Below are positions 63,221-64,000 of a DNA stretch of 64,000 nt, piece after piece. The notes below the pieces were generated by a model, which saw only the letters and a program-made list of their open reading frames with translations, searched no databases and was not told where the DNA came from. This DNA comes from Candidatus Binatus sp. (GTDB taxonomy: Bacteria > Desulfobacterota > Binatia > Binatales > Binataceae). The number at the start of each line of letters is the position of its first letter. Within the stretch, counting starts at the first letter, position 1. Made by a program: the position numbers and the translations under genes. The stretch spans positions 321-64,320 of the forward strand of contig NZ_JBAUYR010000001.1 in assembly GCF_049584895.1 (NCBI RefSeq), given 5' to 3'.

Positions 63221-64000
63221 TCAAGCGGCTTTCGCGATAACCGGCTCCAGGAAGAAATCGTAAGTCAGCGTGTAGTAAGGCTCAGTCAAATTTTTCTGAC
63301 GGAGGTCATCTGGGTCATCGTGCTTCACGGGATCGACAATAAGGGCGCTTTTGACAGCACCCTCGACCACATCGGATTCGAGCCACGGGTCGTTGTTCAT
63401 GAAGACTTGTGTCGTCAGATTTCGATAGCCTTGACGTCCGATCTTCATATGGAGATGGGCCGGCCTCCAGGCATGACGACCCATCGCAGCTAGCAGGGCG
63501 CCGGTAGGTCCTGCTTTCGGAATCTCATAGGGCCCCGGCAGCCGTGTCTTCACATCAAATTTCCCGTTATGATCGACTGCCACTCGCGCACGTAGGTTGT
63601 AAGGCGCCACTGCTTCAGGAATATCGAAATGCGAGTAGCGTCCTTGCTGATCTGATTGCCATAGATCGAGAATAGTTCCCGGAAGTGGGTCACCATTTGG
63701 CGAACGCACCACTCCCGAAAGGAACAGTACTGGCCCTTTTTCGTCCGGCCTATGAGGAAGCTCGCAGGGGGATTTCATTGCGGGAGCGTTGGGCACGTAA
63801 AATGGTCCCTCGATTGTAGTGATCGTGCCCCCGCGGCCGTTGTTAGCGACCTCGTCCACGGTCACTTCAACAAACACGTCGCATATCAGAGAGACCTCGC
63901 CCTTTTGACCTACCTCGGCCAGGAACGCTACTGCACGACGATACTCTTCGTGAGTGATTCGATTCTCGCGAATGAAATTCCTGAGAGTACCGAGCAATTT
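63221..64000 (-). CDS. intradiol ring-cleavage dioxygenase (catechol / hydroxyquinol 1,2-dioxygenase), N-terminus outside the window
   Basis: It reads TIEGPFYV, LDLWQSDQQGRYSHFD and RPAHLHMKI (iron-ligand His). The reading frame stays open to the window edge. Confidence 0.85.
   Translation of the reverse strand, partial: KLLGTLRNFIRENRITHEEYRRAVAFLAEVGQKGEVSLICDVFVEVTVDEVANNGRGGTITTIEGPFYVPNAPAMKSPCELPHRPDEKGPVLFLSGVVRSPNGDPLPGTILDLWQSDQQGRYSHFDIPEAVAPYNLRARVAVDHNGKFDVKTRLPGPYEIPKAGPTGALLAAMGRHAWRPAHLHMKIGRQGYRNLTTQVFMNNDPWLESDVVEGAVKSALIVDPVKHDDPDDLRQKNLTEPYYTLTYDFFLEPVIAKAA

Overview
This is a high-GC bacterial chromosomal segment, densely coding, with no rRNA genes and no CRISPR array seen. 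All family calls come from reading the ORF translations and recalling motifs; no database was searched.

**Layout**
- 1-3431: protocatechuate genes (pcaG end, pcaB), a MetE-like protein and an SDR.
- 3656-14408: a visibly lower-GC block. It holds a STAND/TPR ATPase, an NAD-epimerase-family gene, and an orphan four-gene isoprenoid-type operon. That operon encodes a PDS/HpnE-like flavoprotein, a 239-aa unknown, a polyprenyl-PP synthase and a 772-aa internally duplicated unknown.
- 14418-16946: two adjacent decayed genes.
- 17125-20496: a zinc-ribbon / class III cyclase / STAND / TPR paralogue.
- 22871-35166: a TetR-controlled cluster. It contains a diiron oxygenase, an SCP2-like protein, a ferredoxin, a single-chain BC-BCCP-CT acyl-CoA carboxylase, NTF2, ACAD and ALDH genes, a pentein-fold enzyme and AstA.
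- 35331-39276: uppP, a fused ABC transporter and an IS remnant.
- 39449-47958: a 14-gene co-directional stress array. It carries four Hsp20 genes, a J-protein pair, BON, HdeD, a peroxiredoxin, DJ-1, DsbA-like, AKR and QOR genes, and is preceded by a sigma54-type promoter.
- 48240-51968: a regulatory block. It holds a histidine kinase with an ethylene-receptor-type sensor domain, a FixJ-type regulator, an orphan receiver and a sensor-less sigma54 activator.
- 52154-55559: a second BON-HdeD pair fused to an eRF1-like (baeRF/VLRF1-type) gene and envelope proteins.
- 56060-64000: Rieske dioxygenase and P450 genes, tRNA-Ser, an AtzE/AtzG-like amidase pair and an intradiol dioxygenase.

Several intergenic regions hold recognisable gene remnants.

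**Best candidates for undescribed biology**
- the isoprenoid-type operon at 8085-14408
- the ethylene-sensor/sigma54 stress island
- the diiron-SCP2-ferredoxin module
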